64,000 bases of DNA from Ruminococcaceae bacterium UBA7075 (GTDB taxonomy: Bacteria; Bacillota; Clostridia; Oscillospirales; Acutalibacteraceae). A program made the position numbers and the translations under genes. The notes below the pieces were generated by a model. The model was not told the DNA's origin, ran no database searches, and saw only the letters and a program-made list of their open reading frames with translations. The DNA lies in contig DKZL01000050.1 of assembly GCA_002493635.1 (NCBI GenBank), forward strand, positions 3,516 through 67,515, written 5' to 3'. Positions 48,206 through 58,157 of this stretch are shown in pieces; the first letter of the stretch is position 1, and every line of letters starts with the position of its first letter.

Positions 48206-48623
48206 TTATATAAGATGCCTTTTTACAAAATCCGTCAATTGAGTACTTGACACACCATCTGTATGAGGTAAATATACTATTTTAACGTCAAGAGAAGAAA
48301 ACTGTTTCTCAAACATCTCCTATTGAGGCGTTCCCTTCCAATCGGATCCAACGAACATTTTATTGAAATGATACTTTTCCCATGCTTCAATCTTGTTCTT
48401 ATTTTCCTGAATAACTACTTTATCCACATATTTTATTGCAGCAACGATTTCAGCTCTTTCATCATATGGAATAACTGGAAGTTTCTTTTTTTTCTTTTTG
48501 CACCAACTCATCTGTACTAACACCAACAATTAAATAATCACAATTTTCCTTTGCTCTACGCAAAACATTCAAATGTCCAATATGGAACATATCAAACACA
48601 CCCGTTGTGTAGCCGACTACCAT
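48206..48623 (-). pseudogene. tagD: Glycerol-3-phosphate cytidylyltransferase (TagD-like), inactivated
   Basis: [19 protein letters not shown]...GVSTDE, then a +1 frameshift in an A8 run (48486-48493), ...FVGSDWKGTPQ, in-frame TAG at 48320-48322, then ...YLPHTDGVSST; span 418 nt = 3n+1. Confidence 0.9.
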
Positions 48624-48645
48624 TTTCTGTCAACCTTCCTAATAT

Positions 48646-49812
48646 TTATTTAATATATTGCTTTATCCATCCAACAGCTTGTTTAGCAGCTTTTCCATCA
48701 TCAAATGGCATCCATACATCTTTTTTAAAATCAGATAACTTCTCCTGATAAACAGATTCATTAAAATTATTAATCAAAGTAATCAGTTCATCAACTGTAT
48801 TACATTTAGGGAAAGGACAAATTTGATATAGATCGGATAAACCTCTTTTTTCAATGTATTCTTCATAGTCCAAAGTACATAAAAGCACAGGTTTATTCAT
48901 AAGAGCAAAATCAAAAGTTATACCAGAATAATCTGTAATTAAGATATCAGATGAAATGATAAGCTCTTGAACATCAGGATAATGCGTTGCGCATATTATT
49001 TTGTCACTATACTCAATAAAATCAAACAGTTCTTCCGCATTTGGATGTAAGCGCACTAAAATTACAAACTTTTTATTGAATCTTGTTTCAAACGCAGAAA
49101 TAATTTCTTTGAAGTCTTTCAAATACCCATCAATTGATTTATCATCACGAAATGTAGGTGCATATAAAATAATAGCTACATCCTTATCAATATCTAACGT
49201 ATTACGTACTTTTGCTGTTATCACACTTGCGCAATCAGTGAATAATACATCATTTCTTGGTTGACCAAATTCTAATATTTCTGTTTTAGGATTTAACCAA
49301 AAATATTTTCTATATTGCTCGCTACACAAAGCACAGGCCGATATTATTGCATCACATTCAAATCCATCTAATTTTGCACGCTCAACGTATTCCTTATCAA
49401 GTTTGTCCTCCGCTTCGCCTTCGACTTTTTTAAAGCCCATACCACCATGCCAAGTCTGTATAAATATTTGTCCTTTGCGCTTGGGGATTCTCATTGACCA
49501 TCTATTATTTCTAACTACAACTTTTGCTGTTGCCAATTCACGTGAAGCTTCATCAGAATAAGAAATTGCAGTTCTAACATAAGGAGGCATTTTAACCGAA
49601 TCATTTTTCACAAGCCAAACTACATCCCACTTCAAATTCTGAGAAAAAATTTCTTCAGATATATATTTAGGATTATCTGCATAACCTTTACCATCAAAAT
49701 TATCAAATACAATCTTATTATTCTGAAGCAAATTGAATTTTTGTAATAATACCTGCTGTTTTGCTTTTTTATCTAATTTAATAAATCGGGTAACTCTTTT
49801 TATTATATTCAT
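48646..49812 (-). CDS. CDP-glycerol glycerophosphotransferase (TagB/TagF family)
   Basis: DNPKYI, QTWHG, G.PRND, LYAPTFRD, RLHP, ITDYS; start at ATG 49812. Confidence 0.9.
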   Translation of the reverse strand: MNIIKRVTRFIKLDKKAKQQVLLQKFNLLQNNKIVFDNFDGKGYADNPKYISEEIFSQNLKWDVVWLVKNDSVKMPPYVRTAISYSDEASRELATAKVVVRNNRWSMRIPKRKGQIFIQTWHGGMGFKKVEGEAEDKLDKEYVERAKLDGFECDAIISACALCSEQYRKYFWLNPKTEILEFGQPRNDVLFTDCASVITAKVRNTLDIDKDVAIILYAPTFRDDKSIDGYLKDFKEIISAFETRFNKKFVILVRLHPNAEELFDFIEYSDKIICATHYPDVQELIISSDILITDYSGITFDFALMNKPVLLCTLDYEEYIEKRGLSDLYQICPFPKCNTVDELITLINNFNESVYQEKLSDFKKDVWMPFDDGKAAKQAVGWIKQYIK

Positions 49813-49905
49813 ATGTACTCCAATCAAACAATTACACTATATTATCTGAAACAATTCCCAATATACAAGCAACATTTAAAATATTCATAACCATGGACAA
49901 TTGAT

Positions 49906-50820
49906 CTAAGATAAATAAGTTTTAATTATATACCAATAGAACGTATTTTTTGACTTAGTATAATCATTGTGATGATTTAGCTTATGAAATTTCGATATTT
50001 TCATAATGTCATTCCATCTGTCTTGAGAAAACTTGTCGCCTAACTCAAACTGCAGTGTGTGTGGCGACTGGTTATTAAACACAGGAACCTTTTTCCAATC
50101 ATCAGCATATCTTCGAGTAGAAATTGTAAAAAATATATGGAAAATAAAATAATTCTCTGCTTTGTCATGAGTTTTCCAATACTCAAATAGCAAATCTCTT
50201 GTAAGAACTAAAATTGGCTGATTGCTATGCGATGATATAAACCAATTAGAACAAACGATAGGCTCTATATCCATCCTTTTCAAATCAATATTCTGATATA
50301 AAAAAAGCGGAGCATTTGTAATGGAGTCCGGTATATCATCGGATGTACATAAAACAGTAGCATCCGCCCATATGCCTCCATACTGACATAAAAGTTGAAT
50401 TCTCAATAAATCTGAGTAATGAGCATGACTAATCTTTCCTTCCTCATATTTCTTTTGAATATACTCCGGGAATACAACATATTGAGAAATATTATCATTC
50501 GACAATATTACTATTTCCTTGTGTGGGAAATTTTTTCTCATTGAATTGATACAAGCTTTTACCAAAGGCGGAGCATTATCTTCTCCTTGAAACCAGCAAA
50601 TCCAAATCTTATTGCTTGCCTGAGATTTTTTCGTAATTTTTGCTCCACATTGAATCATATCAGCATATTTTTCTGTAAATTCATTGTATACATTATCTTG
50701 TTCAATCCTAGCAATAATATTTCGATTTTTTACTATAAACAAATGGTTTCGTATTCTGAATAACTTCAAAAACTGTAAAAAATCATGGAGCCTTCTTATA
50801 TTAGTTTTGAAAAAGTTCAT
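49906..50820 (-). CDS. Capsular polysaccharide synthesis protein (Caps_synth, GT32-like)
   Basis: IWICWFQG...AP.LV..C, SDLLR..LL..YGG.W.DAT, YFIFH. Confidence 0.9.
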   Translation of the reverse strand: MNFFKTNIRRLHDFLQFLKLFRIRNHLFIVKNRNIIARIEQDNVYNEFTEKYADMIQCGAKITKKSQASNKIWICWFQGEDNAPPLVKACINSMRKNFPHKEIVILSNDNISQYVVFPEYIQKKYEEGKISHAHYSDLLRIQLLCQYGGIWADATVLCTSDDIPDSITNAPLFLYQNIDLKRMDIEPIVCSNWFISSHSNQPILVLTRDLLFEYWKTHDKAENYFIFHIFFTISTRRYADDWKKVPVFNNQSPHTLQFELGDKFSQDRWNDIMKISKFHKLNHHNDYTKSKNTFYWYIIKTYLS

Positions 50821-50839
50821 ACAGCCCCTCCTTTACTCA

Positions 50840-52120
50840 TTAACCTATTTTCTCAACTTCTGCATCTGGTAGTCTAATATTTCCCCAGTAACGCGTTGAC
50901 CAAATAATATCATTATTATCGCAATCAATCAAACGTATAGGTATTCTTGCAGCAGGATTATCATAAGAATAATAATTTCCATTACGATCAAAAAATATAA
51001 TTTCAAAGCTAAAACAATATAACCCACACATAAGTTCATCAGTATTAAGCTTGAATTGTATTCTCTCTTCTTCACCAATATTCAGATGGAATGTTTTTGA
51101 CAGATAAGCGGCAATTTTTTCAGTGTTATTATGATCTTTTATTCTCATTACGCACTGAATTCCATCCATTTCAATTTTAGAACGAAGTGTCATCTCATAC
51201 TCAATTTGTTCACCAACTCTAAACTCTGCCGTTTTTTTATTTAGAAAACGAAAATTTTCTACAAATATTTGTTTGCCAAAATGCAGATTTCTTTCTTTAT
51301 TCTTATAATCATAGAAAACTGGGAAATCATCGGAATTACCTATACCCATATAAATATCAATGGCTTTTTCTACACTACCTTCAAAAATAATTTGTCCATG
51401 ATCAAGTACAATGCATCTATCACATAACTTTCTGATTGTATTCATATTGTGACTAACATAAAGAACTGTTCGCCCATCCTGCTTAGCTGCATCACGCATT
51501 TTATCCAAGCACTTATTTTGGAATTTCATATCACCAACAGCCAGAACCTCATCCATAATCATTATCTCAGAATCAAGGTGAGCCGCAACTGAAAATGCAA
51601 GCTTAACATACATACCTGAGGAATAGCGTTTTACAGGAGTATCAATAAATTTTTCCATTTCCGCAAACTCAACAATCTGGTCAAATTTTTTATCAATCTC
51701 ATCTTTTGTCATACCGAGAATAGCACCATTCATATAGACATTTTCACGTCCTGTCAATTCGGGGTGAAAACCTGTTCCTACCTCCAGCATTGATGCAATT
51801 CTTCCATTATAACCAATAGCTCCTTTTGTCGGAGCAGTAACACGGCAAAGTAATTTTAAAAGTGTTGATTTTCCGGCACCATTATGACCAATGATACCTA
51901 CTGCCTCACCTTTTTTTACCTCAAATGATATGCCATCCAATGCAAGAAATCGCTCACCAATTTCAATATTAGTGTCTGAACCGATTTTACTGTTAGGGTC
52001 TTCTTTCTTGCGAATACGGGCCCACAAAGACTGTAAATCACCTTTAAGCGTTCCTCCGCCAATGGCACCTAAACGGTATTCTTTTGAAACATTATCAATT
52101 TTAATTGCAATTTCGTCCAT
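50840..52120 (-). CDS. wzt: Polysaccharide ABC exporter ATPase with C-terminal Wzt_C domain
   Basis: GHNGAGKST, GTGFHPELTGREN, YSSGM, DEVLAVGD; start at ATG 52120. Confidence 0.93.
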   Translation of the reverse strand: MDEIAIKIDNVSKEYRLGAIGGGTLKGDLQSLWARIRKKEDPNSKIGSDTNIEIGERFLALDGISFEVKKGEAVGIIGHNGAGKSTLLKLLCRVTAPTKGAIGYNGRIASMLEVGTGFHPELTGRENVYMNGAILGMTKDEIDKKFDQIVEFAEMEKFIDTPVKRYSSGMYVKLAFSVAAHLDSEIMIMDEVLAVGDMKFQNKCLDKMRDAAKQDGRTVLYVSHNMNTIRKLCDRCIVLDHGQIIFEGSVEKAIDIYMGIGNSDDFPVFYDYKNKERNLHFGKQIFVENFRFLNKKTAEFRVGEQIEYEMTLRSKIEMDGIQCVMRIKDHNNTEKIAAYLSKTFHLNIGEEERIQFKLNTDELMCGLYCFSFEIIFFDRNGNYYSYDNPAARIPIRLIDCDNNDIIWSTRYWGNIRLPDAEVEKIG

Positions 52121-52131
52121 AGAAGTACTCC

Positions 52132-52992
52132 TCACACTGTATCCATAAATGTCTTCTCAATTCTGTTGAATAAAACAACACCAATAAGGAATATTACAAT
52201 GGTAGTCGCCCAACCAATAAAGTAATAATTCCATTCCATAGTTCCTATTCCCAAATATCCATATCTAAACAGATTTACAATAGAAGTTATCGGATTACAC
52301 ATATATAATGCATGCCATTTACCTCCCGGAGCAAATGCACCCATACTGAACATATCATACGCAATAGGAGAAGCATACATCCATAACTGAGTTCCAAATG
52401 CAACAAGCATTGCCAAGTCACGATATTTTGTAGTTAGAGCAGAAACGATAATACCAAATCCTAAACTAAGTACGGCAAGCTGAAGTATCATCAAAGGCGT
52501 CATTAAAATCCAAAGGTTTGGATGAACACCTTGTCCGGTTACAGTATAGTAGACAAGAAAAATTATAAGAAACACATATTGAATAGCCAAACCTATCATT
52601 TCTGAAAAAACTGTAGAAATTGGCATTACAAGGCGCGGAAAATATACCTTTCCCATTATATGGCTGTTCGCTACAAATGTATTTGCTGTCTGAGTAAGGC
52701 AGCTGCTAAAATATGTCCAAAGTATTGTACCTGAAAGATAGAAAATAAATGAGGGAATTCCACCCGGTGCAAGTCCGGCAATGTTACCAAACACCAATGT
52801 AAACACAACGGTTGTAAGCAACGGTTGTATAACAGCCCATATCGGACCAAGCACAGTCTGCTTATATTTTGAAACAAAATTCCGCTTTACAAAAAGAAAA
52901 ATAAGGTCACGATATTCTAAAACCTGTTTTAATTTTAAATCAAACCACTTTGTCTTCGGCTGTATGACTGTTGAAAAATCTTCTTTCTTCAT
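52132..52992 (-). CDS. wzm: Polysaccharide ABC exporter permease
   Basis: KYKQTVLG..W...QPL, KVYFPR, YRDL, NP. Confidence 0.93.
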   Translation of the reverse strand: MKKEDFSTVIQPKTKWFDLKLKQVLEYRDLIFLFVKRNFVSKYKQTVLGPIWAVIQPLLTTVVFTLVFGNIAGLAPGGIPSFIFYLSGTILWTYFSSCLTQTANTFVANSHIMGKVYFPRLVMPISTVFSEMIGLAIQYVFLIIFLVYYTVTGQGVHPNLWILMTPLMILQLAVLSLGFGIIVSALTTKYRDLAMLVAFGTQLWMYASPIAYDMFSMGAFAPGGKWHALYMCNPITSIVNLFRYGYLGIGTMEWNYYFIGWATTIVIFLIGVVLFNRIEKTFMDTV

Positions 52993-53009
52993 AATAACTC
53001 CCTAAAATT

Positions 53010-53999
53010 TTATCTTTTTCTTATTTTATTATACAACTTATTCGTAGAATCTGCAAGTTTAGGCATAAGTAATTGAAATTTCATATATAATCTGCCATGT
53101 CTATTATACCAACTCCATGAATTTTTTTCAAAGACAAGGAACAATGATTTTCTTCTGAGTTCATTATACTTTTTTCGGATTTCTATATTATCTTTAGCAT
53201 ATATATTCCATTTTTCTAATTGAGATGAAAGCCTACAGACAGTGTCATTTTTCCATTCTTCATATTTATTTCTCTTTGTAAAATGATAGCGATTAATTAA
53301 CGCATCACCGTAATCTAACTTTCTTACATCAAATTTCCTTGACATAATACTTCCTTCACGCTGACGATAATAATACAGTTCATCTTCAATATAAGAAATT
53401 TTTTTGCATTGTGCAATTACATGATGAATAATAAATTCATCTTCATGCTGTTTACCAAAAGGAAACCGTAAAGTTCTAAAAATTTCTCTATTATAAAGTT
53501 TATTCATAGTAACTACGTAAGCACCGCTATTATGAATAAATAGATCTGCAATAAATTCATTTGAAGTGTAACATTTATTATGTGCTTTTTGATGCCATTG
53601 TTTGTTTTTTAACTGTTCACCGGAATCATACACACGTACATACTCACATACAGCTAAATCAGATTTATCCGAAACAATTCGTTTCATTAACACTTCATAC
53701 ATGGTTGGAGCAATGTAATCATCACTATCCACAAAACCAATATATTCCCCTCTTGCTATATCCAGACCCGCATTTCTTGCGTCTGAAAGTCCGCCGTTTT
53801 CTTTGTGAATAACCACAACTCTGCTGTCCTGTTTTGCAAATTCATCACACATTGCCGGACAACTGTCAGGGGAACCGTCATCAACTAAAATAAGTTCAAA
53901 GTTTTGATAGGTTTGCGATAAAATTGAATCGACGCATTCCTTCAGATATTTTTCAACCTTATAAATTGGTACTATAACAGAAATTTGGGGTGTATTCAT
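53010..53999 (-). CDS. Glycosyltransferase family 2
   Basis: VIVPIYK, LVDDGSPD, FVDSDD, HEDE. Confidence 0.92.
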   Translation of the reverse strand: MNTPQISVIVPIYKVEKYLKECVDSILSQTYQNFELILVDDGSPDSCPAMCDEFAKQDSRVVVIHKENGGLSDARNAGLDIARGEYIGFVDSDDYIAPTMYEVLMKRIVSDKSDLAVCEYVRVYDSGEQLKNKQWHQKAHNKCYTSNEFIADLFIHNSGAYVVTMNKLYNREIFRTLRFPFGKQHEDEFIIHHVIAQCKKISYIEDELYYYRQREGSIMSRKFDVRKLDYGDALINRYHFTKRNKYEEWKNDTVCRLSSQLEKWNIYAKDNIEIRKKYNELRRKSLFLVFEKNSWSWYNRHGRLYMKFQLLMPKLADSTNKLYNKIRKR

Positions 54000-54032
54000 A
54001 CCCTTTGCTCCCTATAAAATATTTTTTTATAA

Positions 54033-55010
54033 TCAATGTCTTATTTTTTGGTATAATGAATAAATATAAGGCAGAAAAGGATACACAAAAAATCTTATCA
54101 TATTTGCTTTTTTTACATAATTCTTTTCTTTTACGCAGTGTAAGCTTTTCCTTACATATTTATCTTTGCAAACTTTAAAAACGCAACGCATCATACTCAA
54201 TTGTATTTTAAAATTTTTACCTTTTGCTGTTGCAAAATAGTCGTCACATACATACATTGCATTATTCCATACACGCATTAAAAACAAATCATTATTTTCA
54301 CCTATAACCTCTCCAATTTTCAAAACGCTTTTCATTGACCATTCAAATAATTTGGGTTCAAAAAAAGACGTAGCAGATAATGGGTTAGAACGATAAAAAT
54401 AATTTGCATTTTGTAAAACTGTAACAGACTTACTTTGCAATAAATAATTTATGTTAAATAAAACGTCTTCACTACGTTTCATTTTCACATCAAAATTAAG
54501 ATTATTTCTTCTAATAATTTCTTTCTTATATCTTCGACCCCAAATCATTCCTGTAGGAATATAATTAATTAACTCCGGACAAATACGAACTTCGTCCATA
54601 TTTGTCTTAAAGTACCTTTGTTTATGCTCACCCCACTCAAAATTTTTATTCTGCGAATAGTAACCGCTAACGACATAGTCGTCATCTTTAGCTTCGTCAA
54701 AATATTCTAAATATGTATCGGAAACAAAATCATCACTATCAATAAAAGTAATATACTTTCCTTCTGCTTTTTTCATTCCCAAATTTCTTGCAGATGAAAC
54801 ACCACCGTTCTTTTTATGAATAACCACAATTCTACTGTCTTGTTTTTCAAATTCATCACACATTGCAGGGCAATCATCGGGCGAACCGTCATCAACTAAA
54901 ATGAGTTCAAAGTTTTTATATGTCTGAGCTAAAATAGAATCGACACATCTCTTTAAATATTTTTCAACATTATATACAGGCACTATTATTGAAATATCAG
55001 GATTTTTCAT
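54033..55010 (-). CDS. Glycosyltransferase family 2
   Basis: IIVPVYN, LVDDGSPD, FIDSDD, SED..FN. Confidence 0.92.
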   Translation of the reverse strand: MKNPDISIIVPVYNVEKYLKRCVDSILAQTYKNFELILVDDGSPDDCPAMCDEFEKQDSRIVVIHKKNGGVSSARNLGMKKAEGKYITFIDSDDFVSDTYLEYFDEAKDDDYVVSGYYSQNKNFEWGEHKQRYFKTNMDEVRICPELINYIPTGMIWGRRYKKEIIRRNNLNFDVKMKRSEDVLFNINYLLQSKSVTVLQNANYFYRSNPLSATSFFEPKLFEWSMKSVLKIGEVIGENNDLFLMRVWNNAMYVCDDYFATAKGKNFKIQLSMMRCVFKVCKDKYVRKSLHCVKEKNYVKKANMIRFFVYPFLPYIYSLYQKIRH

Positions 55011-55013
55011 ATA

Positions 55014-56192
55014 CTACTCTCCTATTAATTCTTCAATTTTCTCCATTAGCATTTTGTTCTCATTGTAAAACTCTGCCTTTTTATGAAAAAAGCTTATATC
55101 GTTAAATAACTGCGATGAATCAATAATTTTTTTTATGTTTTGAGCCAAATCAAATTCATCACAACTGCATATAATGCAGTTTTTCTGATTTTGAATAATT
55201 TCTTTTGCACCTAAAGTGTCAGTAGATAATATGGGTTTATCTAAAATCATAGCTTCTTTTATAGTCAAACCAAAAGATTCAAACCTGCTCGGCTGAACAT
55301 ACAAATCAGCCTGTTTTATATATGGATAAGGGTTTTCTTTCATACCCACCAAATTCACATATTCTTCCATATTTAATTCTGATACTGTTTTTTTAACCTC
55401 CGGCATAGCAGGTCCATCCCCTACTATCCACCAACATACATTGGCAAATCCGTCTTTTACTAACTTAGCACAAGCCTTAACTGCAAGGTCCATTCCTTTT
55501 TCATGAGAAACACGTCCAACCGAAACAATATTGAGCTTTGCTTTGTCAAATTTCTCAAATGTAGGTTCGGCTGCTTTTGCACGAATACCGTCAACATCCG
55601 TCAAATTGTGAATTGTAATTATTTTGTTTTCATATTTTGGTACAAATTTTCTTAGCTCCATAGCTTGATTTTCAGAAACAGCAATAATTTTATCACATTT
55701 CTTATAAGCAATCTTATCGTGATAAACACGGTGCATTGCTCCATGATGATAGAACATCAAATACCTGTCTGCCTTAACACTACGGATAGTAGTTTCTGCA
55801 ACCACATCACTGTAAATTATTGCAGTGTCAAAATGTTTATCTTTCATCAAATCTCGGACAAAGCCGATATATAACCTATTTTCTATCCATCGAATTATCG
55901 GAACCGTCCACATCAGCATTTTGTGCAATCGGGACGGATTGTCAGCTTTTTCTGTTAGATGATATAATTTCTGATACTCATATCCGGTACTAAATGTAAC
56001 GGTCTGCTCACGATCAATAATCAGCAATTGACACTTTGAATTAATCTGCTCTATCATATCCAGCTCTGCGTGTAACACTAACAAAGTAACATCATAAGTA
56101 TTATAATCAAAATTATTTAGCAAGTTGACCAATGCTGTTTCTATTCCGCCAATCCAAAGTGCTTTTGTTACAAAAATAATTTTCTTTTTCAT
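55014..56192 (-). CDS. Glycosyltransferase family 4 (GT-B)
   Basis: GGIE, VGR...EKG, NPYPY, SRFESFG..I.EA. Confidence 0.9.
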   Translation of the reverse strand: MKKKIIFVTKALWIGGIETALVNLLNNFDYNTYDVTLLVLHAELDMIEQINSKCQLLIIDREQTVTFSTGYEYQKLYHLTEKADNPSRLHKMLMWTVPIIRWIENRLYIGFVRDLMKDKHFDTAIIYSDVVAETTIRSVKADRYLMFYHHGAMHRVYHDKIAYKKCDKIIAVSENQAMELRKFVPKYENKIITIHNLTDVDGIRAKAAEPTFEKFDKAKLNIVSVGRVSHEKGMDLAVKACAKLVKDGFANVCWWIVGDGPAMPEVKKTVSELNMEEYVNLVGMKENPYPYIKQADLYVQPSRFESFGLTIKEAMILDKPILSTDTLGAKEIIQNQKNCIICSCDEFDLAQNIKKIIDSSQLFNDISFFHKKAEFYNENKMLMEKIEELIGE

Positions 56193-57103
56193 TTGACGCC
56201 AAGCATCCTTTTTATCTTATTTTTGACACGAATAACAAACTTTTTTCTGCGTTCTGCAGCAATCAATCTATTGTAATGCTTTTTACATTTTGAAATGCAT
56301 TTAGCACTATCATCGCTATATGTTTCTAACATATTCAATAATTCAATTTGCTGTTTGTATTTCAACTCACGTGTATAACGAGTACCAAAGTGCAGCAAAA
56401 TAGTATCTCCTTTTGGATCACATTCAACTCTTGCTCTTCCCTCAGTAATATCAATGCTCATACAGTCAACATATTCCCAATAACAGCATATCTTTTCTCT
56501 GTCAAATAAAACAGGGTGGCAACCATTGACAGCCATTGATAAGGCAATCAAAGGTTCATCGCCGGGAGTATCAAATTTTCCTTTAAATTTAAACTTATAA
56601 TAATCTTCTACCAATGATTTTGCTGTCTGAAAAATCTTGTTGCACATTTCCCCTTTACGCATATAGTAAATTCCACCATGCAAGCCAACAATATATGAAA
56701 CCTTACTTTTCAAATCACCCAGATTCTCATATTCAAACCAACCGGTTTTATCATCTAATGGAAGAGTTCTGCCAAAACACGAAAAATCATCAGCATTGTC
56801 AAAACAATCAAATATCTTATTCAAATCTCCAAAAGCAAGGCAGTCAGAATCAATAAAAATATTGATATCATAAGGTAGATATTCGCCTAAACTTAACTTA
56901 TCCAGATAAGAATTATTGGCTCCGTTTTTTAGTATCAAAACATCATCAAATTCAGCCGTATATTCATTTTCACGGTCTGCCAAAATAGCAAACGGCAAAG
57001 GGCGATCACTGAAAAATCGATAAGAATGAAGCAAATTTTTTGCCAGTCGATAATAATCTTCACTGCCGGTTGCAAGCGTAATAAATCCTTTTGTTATATC
57101 CAT
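56189..57103 (-). CDS. Hypothetical protein, probable GT-A (GT8-like) glycosyltransferase
   Basis: Y...A..L..S, K......Y...IFIDSD (DxD), HGG, DE and LHF pattern; start placed at ATG 57103. Confidence 0.55.
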   Translation of the reverse strand: MDITKGFITLATGSEDYYRLAKNLLHSYRFFSDRPLPFAILADRENEYTAEFDDVLILKNGANNSYLDKLSLGEYLPYDINIFIDSDCLAFGDLNKIFDCFDNADDFSCFGRTLPLDDKTGWFEYENLGDLKSKVSYIVGLHGGIYYMRKGEMCNKIFQTAKSLVEDYYKFKFKGKFDTPGDEPLIALSMAVNGCHPVLFDREKICCYWEYVDCMSIDITEGRARVECDPKGDTILLHFGTRYTRELKYKQQIELLNMLETYSDDSAKCISKCKKHYNRLIAAERRKKFVIRVKNKIKRMLGVK

Positions 57104-57140
57104 ATTAGTTCCTCTCTTCATACCATAGAAGAAAACAAAA

Positions 57141-58142
57141 TTACTTTTCAAAAATACTTTTAGTCGGAAGAATTTTTTCAAACGACTCTACTAATCTGAT
57201 TTTCAAAATTTCAAAATCAATTTCTTCTTCCGGATCATTCAGACAAATATAGTCATGACTTTGCTTTTCAATCGCCAAGCAAAGCTCATCAATTGTATTC
57301 TCATTTATCGAAGCAACTAAGTTATCTATTACCGCCGGTGAGAACTGACCACTTGCGATTTGCCACCAAAGTACTACCCACTGGTTCACATTATCGCTTG
57401 TACGAAAACGATCACGACAAGTAGATACCAGTTTTTCAGGTTCAGCTTCCCATATTTCCCTAAAACTTTCCTTAAGATATGCAGCAGGTGCATGAAGATT
57501 CTTAAATCCTGTAAAATAATCCGGATACAGTTTCTCTAAAATAAGAGTACGCAAATTGTCCTTCCAACGGTAACACTTATCTCTATATTTTTTCCCATAC
57601 TTATTTACAGAATCTCTTTTTGGAAAATTAGCATTGATAATTCCGAGGTTATTAACCACAGCATGCTGCCAAGTGCCGATATTTCCAACCAATTCAACAG
57701 GCACTTCTCCACCGTAAGTACAAGGTAACCCATTCTTAAAGAAATCCTCCGGCTGAAATTTCCTGAGCATAAACATATCGTCATTAAAATAAACAAAATG
57801 CTCTGATAAATCAGGGATACGGTGTATGTTCATCTCTATTGTATGTGAGCTGAATGTCGGAAGATATTCCTCGGGAATAAATTCGCTATGCTTTACAACA
57901 TTAAGCTTGGGAGAATCTAAATTCAAAAATTTCGGAGTATGCCCCCATGTTACAAAATGGATTTTTCTAACCCACGGAGCAAATTTTTCTACTGAGCGAA
58001 ACCAATATGGCAATAATCCCCAATCACGATAACGATTAACCGAGTTATTTTCATTTTCCGTATGCGGTTGATATTTACTTTTTTCAGCCTGCCATGCAGG
58101 ATCATTACCATCAACCCACAAGATGACAAAATCAATATCCAT
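57141..58142 (-). CDS. Stealth family hexose-1-phosphate transferase
   Basis: CR1 IDFVILWVDGND, CR2 RSVEKFAPW...PTFSS..IE...YFNDD, CR3 RFR, CR4 CLND...LP.KS.FE. Confidence 0.93.
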   Translation of the reverse strand: MDIDFVILWVDGNDPAWQAEKSKYQPHTENENNSVNRYRDWGLLPYWFRSVEKFAPWVRKIHFVTWGHTPKFLNLDSPKLNVVKHSEFIPEEYLPTFSSHTIEMNIHRIPDLSEHFVYFNDDMFMLRKFQPEDFFKNGLPCTYGGEVPVELVGNIGTWQHAVVNNLGIINANFPKRDSVNKYGKKYRDKCYRWKDNLRTLILEKLYPDYFTGFKNLHAPAAYLKESFREIWEAEPEKLVSTCRDRFRTSDNVNQWVVLWWQIASGQFSPAVIDNLVASINENTIDELCLAIEKQSHDYICLNDPEEEIDFEILKIRLVESFEKILPTKSIFEK

Positions 58143-58157
58143 AATAAATCACCAAAC

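Noticed and set aside
48320-48322. Programmed TAG read-through (pyrrolysine or recoding) in tagD
   Set aside because: A frameshift also disrupts the gene, TAG is used as a normal stop elsewhere (relA, 55014-56192), and there are no pyl genes in the window
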